A stretch of DNA of 64,000 nucleotides from Chrysomallon squamiferum (GCA_012295275.1 CM022670.1:31372001-31436000), one strand, 5' to 3'. Positions 12,644-24,346 are shown, counted from the stretch's first letter. Notes: generated by a model from the sequence alone, not told the origin. Numbers and translations: made by a program.

Positions 12644-14830
12644 GACAAAAAGGATAGATAAAGAAACATTCAGCTTACGCGTTCAGGAAATATTTGGTCA
12701 ACGATTTTGTACTTTTGTCCTGTAGTTTAGAACTCAGTGTTAGTCTGTTTGGTGGGATGTTGAGGTATTTAGGCAAGCTATAGTCGAGAGTCAAACGCGA
12801 AGAACCGCCTCCAGATTTCTTTCTGTAGAACAATCCGTTCATTTTTGCAACCAGGTATTTTGAGTTGATGCTTATATCGCCTTGGTACCTGTTACTGCTC
12901 ATACTACTTCTGCGGAAGTCACCTTTAAAGAAACACAAATTGGTTCACATGATTTATCAACTAAGACAAAAAATAAAATACTTAAACTAATTTGCTTTGG
13001 TACTTTTCCCGCACAAAAAAAAAAAAAAAAAGAAGAAGAAGAAGAAAATAAACAGTAGTAAAAGTAATAATAATGATACTTACATTTGAAGCTGATGGGT
13101 TTGTCAAGAACTGTTGGCAAAAACATCGTCATGGTGGTTTTTATGCTTTTTCCACCTTTGTATTCGAAATCGCCGATTATTGATATTGGAGTTGAAATAG
13201 GTGTCTTAATTATAATCTTTGGCGCTATCCTCAGCGTAGATCTTCGAATGCTTTTTTCGTGTATGAGTCCAATGTTAGCTAGATATCGTTTCTGATCAGG
13301 AGTTGTTATTTGGATCATGGCGCTTGTTTCCGTGTACGTATTTTGCACAGAAGCTGTATAATACAAATATATAGTACGATATATTTAATATTAATGCAGT
13401 TTGACTTTAAAAATCAATGTACAGAACAGTAAGATTTTACGTCTAAATAAAAGCCACAGTAATCAAAAGGTGTTTTGTTATTAAAATCAGCAATGTTTCT
13501 GGTTCAAGAATCTTTACATGTACACTGAATATGATTAAATTATTTCAGTATGAAATAAATTGTTAACACGACTTACATTTCAGTGCAAAAGGATTTCTGG
13601 TTATTCCTGTCACAGTCATGCTAAGATCGGCATGACGTCTGCGGTCTGTTACGATTGTGCCATCAACAATGATGTTTTCTGCTGAAGGTCGTGAAATCTC
13701 GATGTGTGGAATGAGCGTTATTTCTTCTTTTGTTCTTTCAATCGCCATACTCGTATCGATGCCGTATCGCCACCTTTCGTCGATCTGAAGGACGCTTGTG
13801 AACCTTTTCATTTCGCGATCGTTTACAACAGAGCCTAAATAAAGAAAAAATACACTCTATGACCACATAAGTTTTATTAAAATCAGATTTACCTAGTAGT
13901 TACTACTTTTTTAACAATTAAAGAATCTATTTCAAATAAATATCACTGATAAGATTTTAATGTTTTCGTCAGTTGTTTAATTTTGCTCACCTGTTAGACC
14001 AACCTTCTTCCAAGGTGTCACAAGAGAAACCTCCATCTGCTTCTTTTTGTAGTTCATCGTCATGTCGAAAGCCAAGGCTCTGTCGACACTTGACCCAGGT
14101 GTGTTGAAGGCCATTTGTGCAACTTTTAGTGATTTTGTCTACAAGTAGGAATAATCACTATTATTAGTTTCTATTCTTCGCATATCGTTCACATGTTAAG
14201 TGACTGTTAATCTACAGTAAGATAGTATGAAATTAATTACGTATAATTGGATTTCATTACTTATAACAGAGTTTAAAATAAAATATTCTTTCTGACAATC
14301 AGTAGTAAATAAACTATTTTAACCACAAATAGACGACATAATATATTGCTTTCTGTAACCAACAGTCTTTCTGAATATGAAATATTATTGAGTTAAATTT
14401 CCACGTGAAATCTATATGTCTGTTAATTATTTATCTACCTCGGTCTGTTTTGCAATCAGTTTGTAGCTTCTATGGGTGTCACGTTTGTAGATGTTCACGC
14501 CAAAAGCGAAAGGTCCGGTCAGTGGGAAATACGGAGCAGTGTCGACCATGGATGCGTTGATGAACTGGAATTCCAAGCATGTTTCGATACCTGTGATCTT
14601 GGCTGTCTTTGATCCAGAGCACATCTTGAACGTTTTGCGGCTGTCTTCCATAAGCACTTCTTCTTCTTCAACGTTTCCGTGAATAGTGAAAAATGCAGTT
14701 CTGTGAGATAAAAAAATAATAATAATAAAATAAAAAATAATAAATAAATTTTATTCTATTTCCATTGTTTTATTATTCATCGACTTTGATCCTTTCACAT
14801 TTTTATTTAAACCAATTGCCGTATTACAGA

Positions 14831-14868
<38 letters not shown>

Positions 14869-15001
14869 TACTACTACTACAAAACTATTATTATTATGAT
14901 CGTCGTCATCATTTTCATCATCATTATTACTATTATTATTATTATTGTTGTTGTTGTTGTTGTTGTTTACCTTTATTTTATTTTATTTTATTCGTTTATT
15001 A

Positions 15002-15035
<34 letters not shown>

Positions 15036-15486
15036 TGTCTTTTTTTGTTTGTAACTATTATTTCTTTCTTAAATCGTTTTATGGATAACCATTAAAGAGA
15101 AAATTAATTATATATTTTAACAATTCTTAATAAATTATTAGGCCACAAATAAAAGGAAATAATGAGACTGCCAATATGAATTTATCATGACCACGAATAT
15201 TTACAAATATTTCCACTTACGTAACATCAAGTATTTCCATTTTGTCTCTTGGGACGTCGATTTCAGCGCTTAGTATTTTGCCTCGATCCAGTTCTATTCT
15301 TCCGCGTACGGCAGTACTGGAGTGCCACGTGTTTACAATCCTCATTCCTGTTTTAGTCACGCCAGCGTCTACAACCATTGTACCCGAAATGTGCACTGCA
15401 CCACTGTATGAATTAATAAAATAAAAATAATTAAAACTTATGTAAGTTAAAAGACATAAAATAAATAAGATAAAAACTAAATTAGT

Positions 15487-15548
<62 letters not shown>

Positions 15549-18500
15549 GAGATAGATAGATAGATGGATGGATGGATGGATGGATGGATGTATGGATAGA
15601 CAGATAGACAGATATTTACACAGATAGATAGATAGATTGACAGATAGACAGATATAGACAGACGGATGTTATTTTTGTTAATTTACGTTTTATGTCCTTA
15701 AAGTGATACTGGAACAAAATTAATGTGTTAATTAATTTATTGTAATTGTTTTAAAAATATATCTTCAGAATTCATATATAGCATTTGGACATTTCATACT
15801 GTTTGGACATTTTTTTTTTTATTCATTTCTTTAAAAGGTATCAGCCTAGAAGATATATTTTAAATATTAAATCTAACATTCTGTGACTATGCTTTCCTTA
15901 ATAACTTTATGTTACTCTCTAGAGCTTATAGCGCTTTTATCGATATCATTCTAGCACTACCGGACAATAACAGCTACAACATTACCTTGGCTGTATTGCT
16001 CCATCGATGTGTAGACTTCGAGGACTGTTGTACAGTTTACGAAGGTCCACTTTACCATTAGCGGTAATATCAACAGTGGCACTGCCGTTGACTGCCAGCA
16101 TAAGAGGCAGACCTGTACTGGTTGGTATGATCATGGTACTGTCCAGGAACATGATGTTCTGTGTTGTAGAGTAATCGTAGTTAGAAGACAGCTTTTTCAA
16201 AATGTTCATGAAGCTGAAATCATTTCTCCTGCCGAAAGCGTCTGTTCCTCGGAAGTTTTTGAACATCAGCTCGTTTCCGAACATCCGCATGTACATGGAT
16301 CCTCTTATCTTATCGAGCTGTTCAAAGTACAGTGATATCCGCTTACTATCATTGTTTTACACAAGACATAATTCATTTAATTACTTTCTATCTACATGAA
16401 TACTCACCTAGATTGAAAGCTTGCATATGATTTTATATTAATTTTTTAATAATTAATCGTTTGTTATTTATTATTTTGAAATGTTTTAAAATTGATTATG
16501 ACTGCATATATCATAATATGCCCTACTTCAGATTAATAAAGAAAAATATATGTTAACCAAAGCAAAAATTCGAAATAAAATAAATAAGTCCGTTATACAT
16601 ACATCAGCACTGGCTGCTGCTCTGTTCTTGTCTCCGAAGTAGCCGTAAGGTCCAAGGTATGTCTCCAACAAATACTCCAGTCCTTCTACCCTTCCTCCAA
16701 TGTCAAATAGGTTGATGGAATGTCCGAAAAGATCTACAGTCAAATTGACCATGGCGGATCTTGGAATGAAAGACTTTGGTGACCAGATTAAGTTGCTTTC
16801 CACCATGGCGCCAGTGTTAAACTTCTCGAAAAAGAGTGACGCTTCATAATTTCTGGAATATTTCATTCGTTCCATATCAAACTCTTTTTTCAAATGTTCA
16901 TTCTCTAAGATGGCTCTCACTGGTTGTTTCAGTGGACTGGAAGTCTCCATTAGATTGATTAGATGAGACCAAATAAAGGATCCAACATGACCGGCTCTCT
17001 CGTTCTCGAGTGTCTCCATGATGATGTTCAAAATGTGTTCGGTGGGACACTGCATGGCGGCCAGATAAGCAGCAACCCGGATTTCAGCGTCTTCCTGTAC
17101 ATCACGGAACAGATTGATAACAACGTTCCGCTGGAAATAAAACAATACATTTTTACTTACATATACCAGTGGCTTACAATATGATTATTTTTTAATTCAT
17201 TAAATGTTACGTGCCAGATTCCAATTCACTGTAAATTTACGAAACTAGTTTAATAAACAAATTGTATTATAATTTTCACATATAAAAACATTACATAAAA
17301 TATTTTGCCTGAATTGGAAATATTTTTAAGTATTTTTGGTCAAAATATATTCAGAATGGTAATCTCATTATTTATTTTCATTTGTTTCCAAATAAATTTA
17401 TTAAAATTTTCTAAAATATAAATTAATTTTATCTTCAGTGGCTATCTATATTTTTTAATTTTGAAAACAATAAAGCGATTTAGGACTGAAATAAAATTAT
17501 AAATTATAAATATAGTGAAAATCAGTATTAATTTTAATAAATGTAAAAACTAATAATAAAATTTGATATTTATATATATATTAATCTTGATAACTATTTA
17601 TGACTTTTTTTTTTTTTTTTTTACTTACGTCTTGAGTACAAGGCATTCTTCGGAACGCTTCAATGGCAGCAATCCTGACTTCAATTGGGTTGCTCGGTTG
17701 TGTGATGCAGTTGTACAAAACAGATGTAACTGAAGGTACATGTCCAGCATTTCCAACAGCCCTCAGAGCCATCAGCATGACATCCATTTTAGAATTTCTA
17801 GCATAGCATCTGCTTCCGATGTGCTTCTCGAGGACGGACAAAATGTTGACAACGGCCGTCTCTTGCGCGCAGCCAGGGTTCACTTCACAATAATTGTTCA
17901 CCAGTGATGAGACTGGAAGCATAGCCTTCATCATCAATTCGGGGGTTTCGATTAAAGGTTTAACTGCAACCAGCATCTCCATGGTTGGGTTCTGAATGAA
18001 TGTGAGTGATGTGAGCCATATATCGACTTCAACGCCGGTGACGACATTGTTTATGAGCATTGTCTTCATTACCTCCACGCTGTCTTTACTTCCGGCCATA
18101 GGAATTGCATCCAGGATGAATTTTCTATAAATATTAATAAGTTTTATTTTATATGCAGTCAGTTCATAGATTTAATCGCGATGCAAAAAGTATCAAAATA
18201 CCGATAGTGACAATGAATACAGATTGATGATTTTTTTTATAGTACACCTCAGAAACAACATAACAGGATTTTCTAATGATCTGACATATAATTGTATCTT
18301 TTTCATGTCCACACAACGGTAGATTAAATTTGTTTGCTAATTTTGTTTGTTTTGTGTTTTTTCTGTTTTTGTTTCTTCTTTTGTTTAAAGATATAGGTGT
18401 AAGTATAACTTGAAACTTTATTATCTTTCATAATATGAATTTACTTCAAATTATCTTAATTTTTTATTTTTGTTGAAGCAGCAAAACAAATACCTTCCTC

Positions 18501-19023
18501 GTTGAACATTGCTGCTGCATATTACGCCTGCTTGTACCCGACTGAAAACGTTCGCAATGGCCGCTGAATCCATCTCCCTCACGATGTAAACTAATTCTGA
18601 AAAGAGTCTAGGAACATCTGGTCGAATATCTTCGTGAGCGATAGAACATAATTCTTTCAGCATGAACTCGATATTCATCTGATGATCGGTGTTGCCAAAT
18701 CCGTAGACATGTCTGAAATTGATCGAGGCCCGGTTCCATGGGATTCCTGCATAAAGGAGCACAAAATAATAATAATGTTTGTTGTAGCTGTTGTTGCTTT
18801 TTGTTGTTGTTTTTTCATTCTTTTTTTCTTTTTTTATTTCCTTTGTGTTGTTGGTTTGTTTGAATTGTTTGTTGTTGGTTTTTTTTGTTTTTTTTTCATT
18901 TTGTTTTTTTGTATAACTATTTAATATTTACTAAAGAAAAGAACTAAATCCATATTTCAACGAACTCATTTCTAAACTTTTAATACACTTTATCAAAAGA
19001 ATGGAAAACTTGTCATCACCATC

Positions 19024-19065
<42 letters not shown>

Positions 19066-19751
19066 CAAATACTAAGGGGTTTTTTTGTTGTTTTTTTAAG
19101 TATTTATTTATTTGACTACCTCTTCTTGGCTCGATAGTACTTTTCTGACGTTTATACACAAGTTTCTGAACAACGTGAGTCACAGCTCCACTGTTGTGGT
19201 TTGAAAATGGTCTGTAGATGTGTGATTCTCGACAGGTGACGCTGTTCATTATTCCTGTTCTCCCAATCTCGTGTTCGCATACGTGTGTGCTCTTCATCAG
19301 AGGTAGTGACTGAATGTCCTTATGACAAATAATAATAATAATATACATTTAAAACTAAGATATTATAGAAGAAACAGCTGTTTCTCTTTCTCTTATTATT
19401 TCTGTTGTCTTTCTTTACTTTTATTATTATCTATTATTATTTTATTATCATCATAATCATGATCATCATTATTATCTTCCAAATTTAATTATTTTTTACT
19501 TAAAGTAGCAATGAATTTACTGAAGGAACTCTGTATGGAATAGCATGAATGGCACTTTGGTATCCATGACGATCAGTGCAGCTCATCAGATCTTTAGTTT
19601 TGGTGATGGTGTTAGTGTACCAACCACGGGATTTTAATTTGTAGTCGGTAACGCAACTTCCTGTAACATCAGTCTGAAATACCAAACAGTATTAAAATAT
19701 TACTGAAAGACACACACGCATATATATGCACATACACAAACAGAGCCAAAC

Positions 19752-19843
<92 letters not shown>

Positions 19844-20255
19844 TTAATATACCTCTTTCACAGTCTGATCCCTTTCCAGGTCATCCATAGAGTTCTGCAG
19901 TGACGTCAGAATACCTCTCTTGATATTCAGAGCCCATGGATCTTCGTCTTCTGCTGGACACAAATCCTCGATGACGCCATCTTGGAAGGAGAAGCGGAGA
20001 GGACTGCGTTCCAGAATTCTTTTGAATCGGCCGGCATTGTCGACAAACGTCAAGTGTGTCTTTGACGTGTCATACAGTTTAACATCACGCAGCTGAAAAA
20101 TAAAAAAGTAGAGTGAAATATTTATTTAATTTTAATGCTATAGTAAAAAAAAAAAGTATTTATTTACATACAATTTTAAATAAGACTTTATATCAGTTTT
20201 ATTTTAGAGATAAAAAATGAATGTTTACCTTGCTTTTTTCTAATTTCTTTTTCAG

Positions 20256-20299
<44 letters not shown>

Positions 20300-21713
20300 C
20301 AGATATCTTTTAGCAAATGAAACTTCTTTAAGGACCGTCATATAAATCAGAAGAAAAATAACATATTACAGCTTTAAAAAAACATTTCTAGTACTGCGGT
20401 ATGAAAAGAGAAAAAAGGGGAGGGCACTGACGAGATTTATCAGATATAGTTTTAACTACTAAGTGCTTACCCTCAGAATGAAGTCGCATTTGCTCTCAAC
20501 CTCTATGTCAGCAATGGCACTGATTTGGATTGTAGCTTTCCGTGAATTAGCCCCTTCCATCAGCGTTTCCGTTGTCACGTGGTATTCGTGCTCGTATGTC
20601 ATTCCAGGTGTGTATCTGAATTTGTTCGTTTCTGAAGAAAAGGTTTTCGGTAAATTGTAATTAAATTTTTTTGTTATTATTTTTTTCTTTATTAACTTTT
20701 GTAACTTTTACTTTTTGTTTGTTTCTTTTTCTTTTTTTTTTTTTTTTTTTTAACCTTACTTGTTTTTATCTTATTTATTATATAATTAGCTGTTTTCAAA
20801 ATTACAAATCAATTTATTGAAATATAATTATATACTATATTAATTTTAATATACGAAATATATATTATTTTAAACGATATTATTTAATTAATTTAATTTT
20901 TCTTTTATCTACAAGTAACATATTATTGTAAAGAATATTATTAAATAAAATAAAATTTAATCTTTATTACCTGTACATCGTCTAGAGCATGTTGAAAATG
21001 GTTCCATTCGAATGTTGATTGGACCTGCATGAACATAAAAAAATATTTTTAACATAATCCATCACAAGAATAATGACTCAAAAATGTTCTCAAAGAAAGA
21101 AAATGATGAATTTGATAACAGAATTCAAAAGCACGAATAATCTCAAATATATAAAAATTAACATAAAAAGCAATCGCCGTCACATAATTTCATAAGATAT
21201 AAATTAATTAAAATGAGTATACACGCACACAACACACACACACATTAGTTACAACAGATAATAGATAACTATTTTTTCCTAAATAAATAATAACAGTAAT
21301 AACAACAAACTATAAATATATATAAATAATAATAATAACAATAATTTTCAATAAATAAATAAAATACTAACAGTAACAAAAATAATAACAATAATTATAA
21401 ATAAATAAATGGTAACAACAACAATAATAATGATAATTATAAATAAATAAACAAATAAATAAATAAATAAAAATAATAAATAAATAAACAAACAAACAAA
21501 TCAGAAGATATTTCAAAAATTAAATTATTTAAACAAGTTTAAATTCATAAAATAATAATTTTTTTTAAAAAAAGAAGAAAAAAAAAGAAATCTTGAAATT
21601 CTTACAGCTTATAGACAAAAAGAATTGTAAAACAAAACAAATCTAAAATAATTCTTACCCGCATCGACCCATGTCACAAAGACCAGGCAAAGTAGAAGCC
21701 TTAGAGACTTCAT
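543..21713 (-). CDS. apolpp: Apolipophorin / apoB-like large lipid transfer protein, complete gene model (28 exons, 11,046 nt CDS, ~3,681 aa)
   Basis: Exons: 21659-21713, 20971-21024, 20471-20631, 19853-20092, 19521-19673, 19120-19318, 18494-18746, 17629-18124, 16603-17130, 15986-16317, 15221-15403, 14439-14700, 13991-14138, 13577-13834, 13084-13353, 12679-12922, 12227-12431, 6735-11894, 6119-6457, 5757-5922, 5306-5490, 4706-4977, 4173-4320, 3730-3850, 3170-3393, 2607-2918, 1160-1204, 543-575. All GT-AG with matching phases. Signal peptide, then Vitellogenin_N/LLT motifs (WALNIKRGILTSLQ, ETDVTGSC, ALRAVGNAG, EIRVAAYLAAMQCP, VGSFIWSHL, SFIPRSAMVNLT) and the apolipophorin-type NTPGS and YFPLTGP motifs. 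Confidence 0.9.
867..940. repeat. Compound (ATT)n(GTT)n microsatellite
   Basis: Seen directly. Confidence 0.95.
1160..1204 (-). CDS. apolpp: apolipophorin exon 27 (45 nt, YAPSVRGSNYSQPYK)
   Basis: Acceptor gttttgttttag and donor AAG|gtaacg; phase 0-0 and open. Confidence 0.7.
1860..1975 (+). mobile_element. 3' tail fragment of a tRNA-derived SINE (second, more degraded piece at ~1595-1640)
   Basis: tttcctctc...gtggtccttaac...ccatataatcgtaaataaaatgtgtggagtgtgtc resembles, from memory, the tail of an abundant molluscan SINE. The two pieces share cagcg..tttcctctc..cc(t/c)taa. Confidence 0.5.
2607..2918 (-). CDS. apolpp: apolipophorin exon 26
   Basis: GVWAYNYWNVEDN...VFDPVHGEIQFEIYLP; GT-AG, 312 nt. 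Confidence 0.85.
3170..3393 (-). CDS. apolpp: apolipophorin exon 25
   Basis: Open frame, phase 1-0, GT-AG. Confidence 0.8.
3730..3850 (-). CDS. apolpp: apolipophorin exon 24
   Basis: QMVNEGVSMAIEMID..., phase 0-1, gtaag donor. Confidence 0.8.
4173..4320 (-). CDS. apolpp: apolipophorin exon 23
   Basis: NVYDDLIMRY...SYPIKEKY, phase 2-0. Confidence 0.8.
4706..4977 (-). CDS. apolpp: apolipophorin exon 22
   Basis: Helical segment with MYNRNDYYM, phase 0-2. Confidence 0.85.
5306..5490 (-). CDS. apolpp: apolipophorin exon 21
   Basis: LNTSRLLHTRIMWQP, phase 1-0. Confidence 0.85.
5757..5922 (-). CDS. apolpp: apolipophorin exon 20
   Basis: Open frame, phase 0-1, GT-AG. Confidence 0.85.
6119..6457 (-). 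CDS. apolpp: apolipophorin exon 19
   Basis: FSGQTEFSYS...HPYTDLD, phase 0-0. Confidence 0.85.
6585..6720. repeat. (AAT)n/(ATC)n/(GAT)n microsatellite
   Basis: Seen directly. Confidence 0.9.
6735..11894 (-). CDS. apolpp: apolipophorin exon 18 (giant 5,160-bp exon, amphipathic beta-strand region)
   Basis: 1,720 uninterrupted codons bounded by cgcag and gtaag, phase 0-0; recurrent TP[FWY] motifs. Confidence 0.92.
12227..12431 (-). CDS. apolpp: apolipophorin exon 17
   Basis: Phase 2-0, GT-AG, open. Confidence 0.85.
12553..12640. repeat. (GA)n microsatellite
   Basis: Seen directly. Confidence 0.97.
12679..12922 (-). CDS. apolpp: apolipophorin exon 16
   Basis: Phase 1-2, GT-AG, open. Confidence 0.85.
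13084..13353 (-). CDS. apolpp: apolipophorin exon 15
   Basis: Phase 1-1, GT-AG, open. Confidence 0.85.
13577..13834 (-). CDS. apolpp: apolipophorin exon 14
   Basis: Phase 1-1, GT-AG, open. Confidence 0.85.
13991..14138 (-). CDS. apolpp: apolipophorin exon 13
   Basis: FNTPGSSVDR...TPWKK, phase 0-1. Confidence 0.88.
14439..14700 (-). CDS. apolpp: apolipophorin exon 12
   Basis: TGIETC...APYFPLTGP, phase 2-0. Confidence 0.88.
15221..15403 (-). CDS. apolpp: apolipophorin exon 11
   Basis: SGAVHISGTMVVDAG...WHSSTA, phase 2-2. Confidence 0.88.
15487..15665. repeat. (GATA)n/(GATG)n/(GACA)n tetranucleotide repeat
   Basis: Seen directly. Confidence 0.95.
15986..16317 (-). CDS. apolpp: apolipophorin exon 10
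   Basis: GSMYMRMFGNEL...FLDSTMIIPTSTGLPL, phase 0-2. Confidence 0.88.
16603..17130 (-). CDS. apolpp: apolipophorin exon 9
   Basis: DAEIRVAAYLAAMQCP...GGRVEGLE, phase 0-0. Confidence 0.9.
17629..18124 (-). CDS. apolpp: apolipophorin exon 8
   Basis: KFILDAIPMAG...ALRAVGNAG...VRIAAIEAFRRMPC, phase 2-0. Confidence 0.9.
18494..18746 (-). CDS. apolpp: apolipophorin exon 7
   Basis: LKELC...PRLFSELV, phase 1-2. Confidence 0.88.
19120..19318 (-). CDS. apolpp: apolipophorin exon 6
   Basis: QSLPLMKSTHVC...CRESHIYRPFS, phase 0-1. Confidence 0.88.
19521..19673 (-). CDS. apolpp: apolipophorin exon 5
   Basis: TDVTGSCVTDY...KTKDLMSC, phase 0-0. Confidence 0.88.
19756..19839. repeat. (GA)n microsatellite
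   Basis: Seen directly. Confidence 0.97.
19853..20092 (-). CDS. apolpp: apolipophorin exon 4
   Basis: LRFSFQDG...WALNIKRGILTSLQNSM, phase 0-0. Confidence 0.9.
20471..20631 (-). CDS. apolpp: apolipophorin exon 3
   Basis: KFRYTPGMTYEHEY...SKCDFILR, phase 1-0. Confidence 0.88.
20971..21024 (-). CDS. apolpp: apolipophorin exon 2
   Basis: GPINIRMEPFSTCSRRCT, phase 1-1. Confidence 0.8.
21659..21713 (-). CDS. apolpp: apolipophorin exon 1 (signal peptide)
   Basis: aacaccATG context; MKSLRLLLCLVFVTWVDA with a V-D-A cleavage motif; gtaag donor. Confidence 0.85.
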
Positions 21714-21737
21714 GGTGTTTCTCTGTTGTACGTCCCA

Positions 21738-21776
21738 GTTGTGACAGCCCAGCTGCCCGTCCTCTCTTTTATACCC
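21738..21776 (-). promoter_or_regulatory. Core promoter of the apolipophorin gene: TATA box plus Inr
   Basis: TATAAAA at 21773-21767 lies 31 nt upstream of TCA(+1)CAAC at 21742, which is 29 nt before the ATG. Confidence 0.75.
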
Positions 21777-21854
21777 TCAAAACAATGACAGTCCAAGATC
21801 CAAGAATATGGTGATGTGAAACTCTCGAAGAGCACTTCAAAGCTATTTTCATAT

Positions 21855-22065
21855 ACTGATAAAGACAAAACAAAAAGAAAAGGTGCACGTAAATAAATAT
21901 TATTGTATTTTGATCCCGGTCAAGCGTTTTGTTGACACTGATAATAAACCTGCATCATTTTCCTATCTTGATTACATGTCCAACAATATCAGTCGAATGT
22001 TCGAGAATATCGCCTTTTAAGTAGGTGTCATTAGTCAGCGAGTTTTCTCCGTAATAAATTTATCA
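21855..22065. promoter_or_regulatory. Proximal GATA-site cluster upstream of apolipophorin
   Basis: WGATAR at 21857, 21939, 21963 (rev) and 22060 (rev); two are ACTGATAA. Confidence 0.45.
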
Positions 22066-23098
22066 GGGTTATGAATCATTAGTTTCGTAACATCATGCAA
22101 TGTCCTACTCAAATTAGGATTCAATATTTTTACATCTATTCCCCGATTATAACTATATTAGTTAATCCAGTATTGTTAGCTTTGAAAAATAAGATCCAAA
22201 TATTTTATTTGTCTATTTAAATACATTTTTATCGCTTTTTATAGGTGATTTGAAAGCTTCGTTTAATTACGTATTTCATTGCTTAATAGAAAAAAGTCTA
22301 TGAGTTTCTTAAAATATCAGCCAAGATCCTGCAAAAATGTTATGAAGCTGATCTATGAATATGAAACAGAAATTTATGAAATATATTTGAATAAATGTCA
22401 TCTTCATTATTTTATATATATCTAAAGAGAATTTAATTTGAAATCCACCAAATAATTGGAGATTTTATTTAAAATATATAATAAATCTAATATGTCAATT
22501 AATATTCATCTGATCATACTTAACGATTTTTCTAAATATTTTTCTTTGTTTTGAATACAAAGCAAAATGATTAGGTCTCTGGGTATTTATTACTATTTTA
22601 ATGCCACGATACTAAAATCTAACCATGATACAATACTTCAGATTATGAAAGCAAAGCTTAGGTCTGAAAATTTTAATCAAATAGGTTAATTAAGTAAAAA
22701 TGATCTAAAAAATGCGTTATGATGATATAAGTCAATGGATGAATGAACCGATTAATGGCTGACTGGATGAATGAATGAATGAAATGGGATAAAGGGAAAT
22801 TTCTAGATATATTATACCATTCATCAATGTTAGAAAATCTGTGTATTTAAATTTATCGAATGACATCTAAGAAGGCTTTTTTTTTTTTTTTTTTTTTAAA
22901 GGGATGGATATTCAAACATCCTTCGTTCGGAGTCTGTCCTATTAAACTACTGAACTTTATCTTTTCTGTACCACATTTTTATCTCAGCAAAGCATCAGTG
23001 TTCAGTAAAATAAAGAAAACCAGGTAAAGAAGGAAGAGAGAGATATGTGTACGTCTGTATGGATGGATGGATGGATAGATGAATGTTCGTGTATTGTG

Positions 23099-23806
23099 CA
23101 GGGCCGGCCCTACCATATAGGCAAGCTAGGCAGCCGCATTTCTGCAAATGAACAACAGTTTTGGATACAAAATTTCAATTTTTTATCCTGGTTTACTGTA
23201 TACAGGGAAAAATAATCGGGTAGATTGAGTCTGACCGAAACAAATAAAATGAATGAGTTAAAATCACGCGCACATGAAATTTTCAGGACGTAATTAAGTT
23301 CGCGTATTTTATACCCACGAGTTTTCCGTAGAATCTTTGTATACGAAACCTTCATTTTGCCGTGGAAACCAAATTTAAGGCGGTAGCTCCTTGTTTTAAT
23401 GGTATAAACAAGGAAAGAAGTGGCCTGTGTGGGATATTTAAAAGTCAGTCAAAGAAAAATCTAGCCACTAGAGATCCTATAAGATTTTTAAATATTGCAG
23501 GCGCATTTCTGCTGTAAATGAATATTTTTATCGAAAGATAAAACTTTAAACCTGTCATTTCTACCAACATCACATTTTCGGGAAATGAAACCAGAGGGTC
23601 CAACCAACGATTTTGGCTGCCGTGTCTTCCTTTAATGTGCTTCTGGTTAAGGAACTTGGTAAGTTTTGTATAATTATTTTGACCCCGTTAAACTGTCCAA
23701 CTAATCTAAAATGCACACTTTTGTTTCTTTTTTTATTAAGTTTATTGTCTATAAATTTTGAAACTGACATTTTCCTGGGGGCCCAGATAGTCTGGTACCG
23801 ACCCTG
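23099..23806. mobile_element. Non-autonomous DNA transposon (MITE, hAT-like ends)
   Basis: Ends CAGGGCCGG... and ...CCGACCCTG form an 8/9 inverted repeat. GC-rich termini sit in TATG/TGGA simple-repeat flanks; the TSD is not clean. Confidence 0.5.
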
Positions 23807-24117
23807 TATGTATGCATGTGTATATTTGAAATATGTAGTTTTGTTTCATTTTTGTATACAATTTTCATTTTCATTTGTTCAGAATGAAAGTAAATTAATT
23901 TTTATTATTATTTATAAAGTGTGCTAACTGAAGAAGAAAAAAAATAATAATATCCCTTTATAAAATACCATGACAACGTAACAAAACAGTTTAATATAAA
24001 TATGCATGTATTTGTTAATAACGTTTGGTTTATTTATCTAAAGGCTAAGGTCGAAGAAAAACAATGGACTGAAAAGAGATTTGACATTAAAATAATATGG
24101 ATAAATAACATGGCAAA

Positions 24118-24346
24118 GCTGATAACACTGATAACCGAACAAGTCTAATGAACACAGCTCAGTGAGATCACTCCCAAGATGTCACTGATAATATGACAAT
24201 AGAAAAAACGTACTTCGTTACATAGCATACATTAATATTCAGTCATTCTGACTTTGAAACGATTATCAGTATTTATAACATATTGCCGTTCACTTATACA
24301 TAATTAACTATATCTAAACATTCATATATTCTTTTTCTATAGATAA
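24118..24346. promoter_or_regulatory. Distal GATA-site cluster (candidate enhancer)
   Basis: WGATAA at 24120, 24129, 24186, 24263 (rev) and 24341; three are ACTGATAA. Confidence 0.4.

Noticed and set aside
543-21713. Calling the LLTP gene vitellogenin or MTP
   Set aside because: Length (~3,700 aa), the long TP-aromatic beta region and the NTPGS/YFPLTGP motifs fit the apolipophorin/apoB clade better; only a phylogeny would be decisive.
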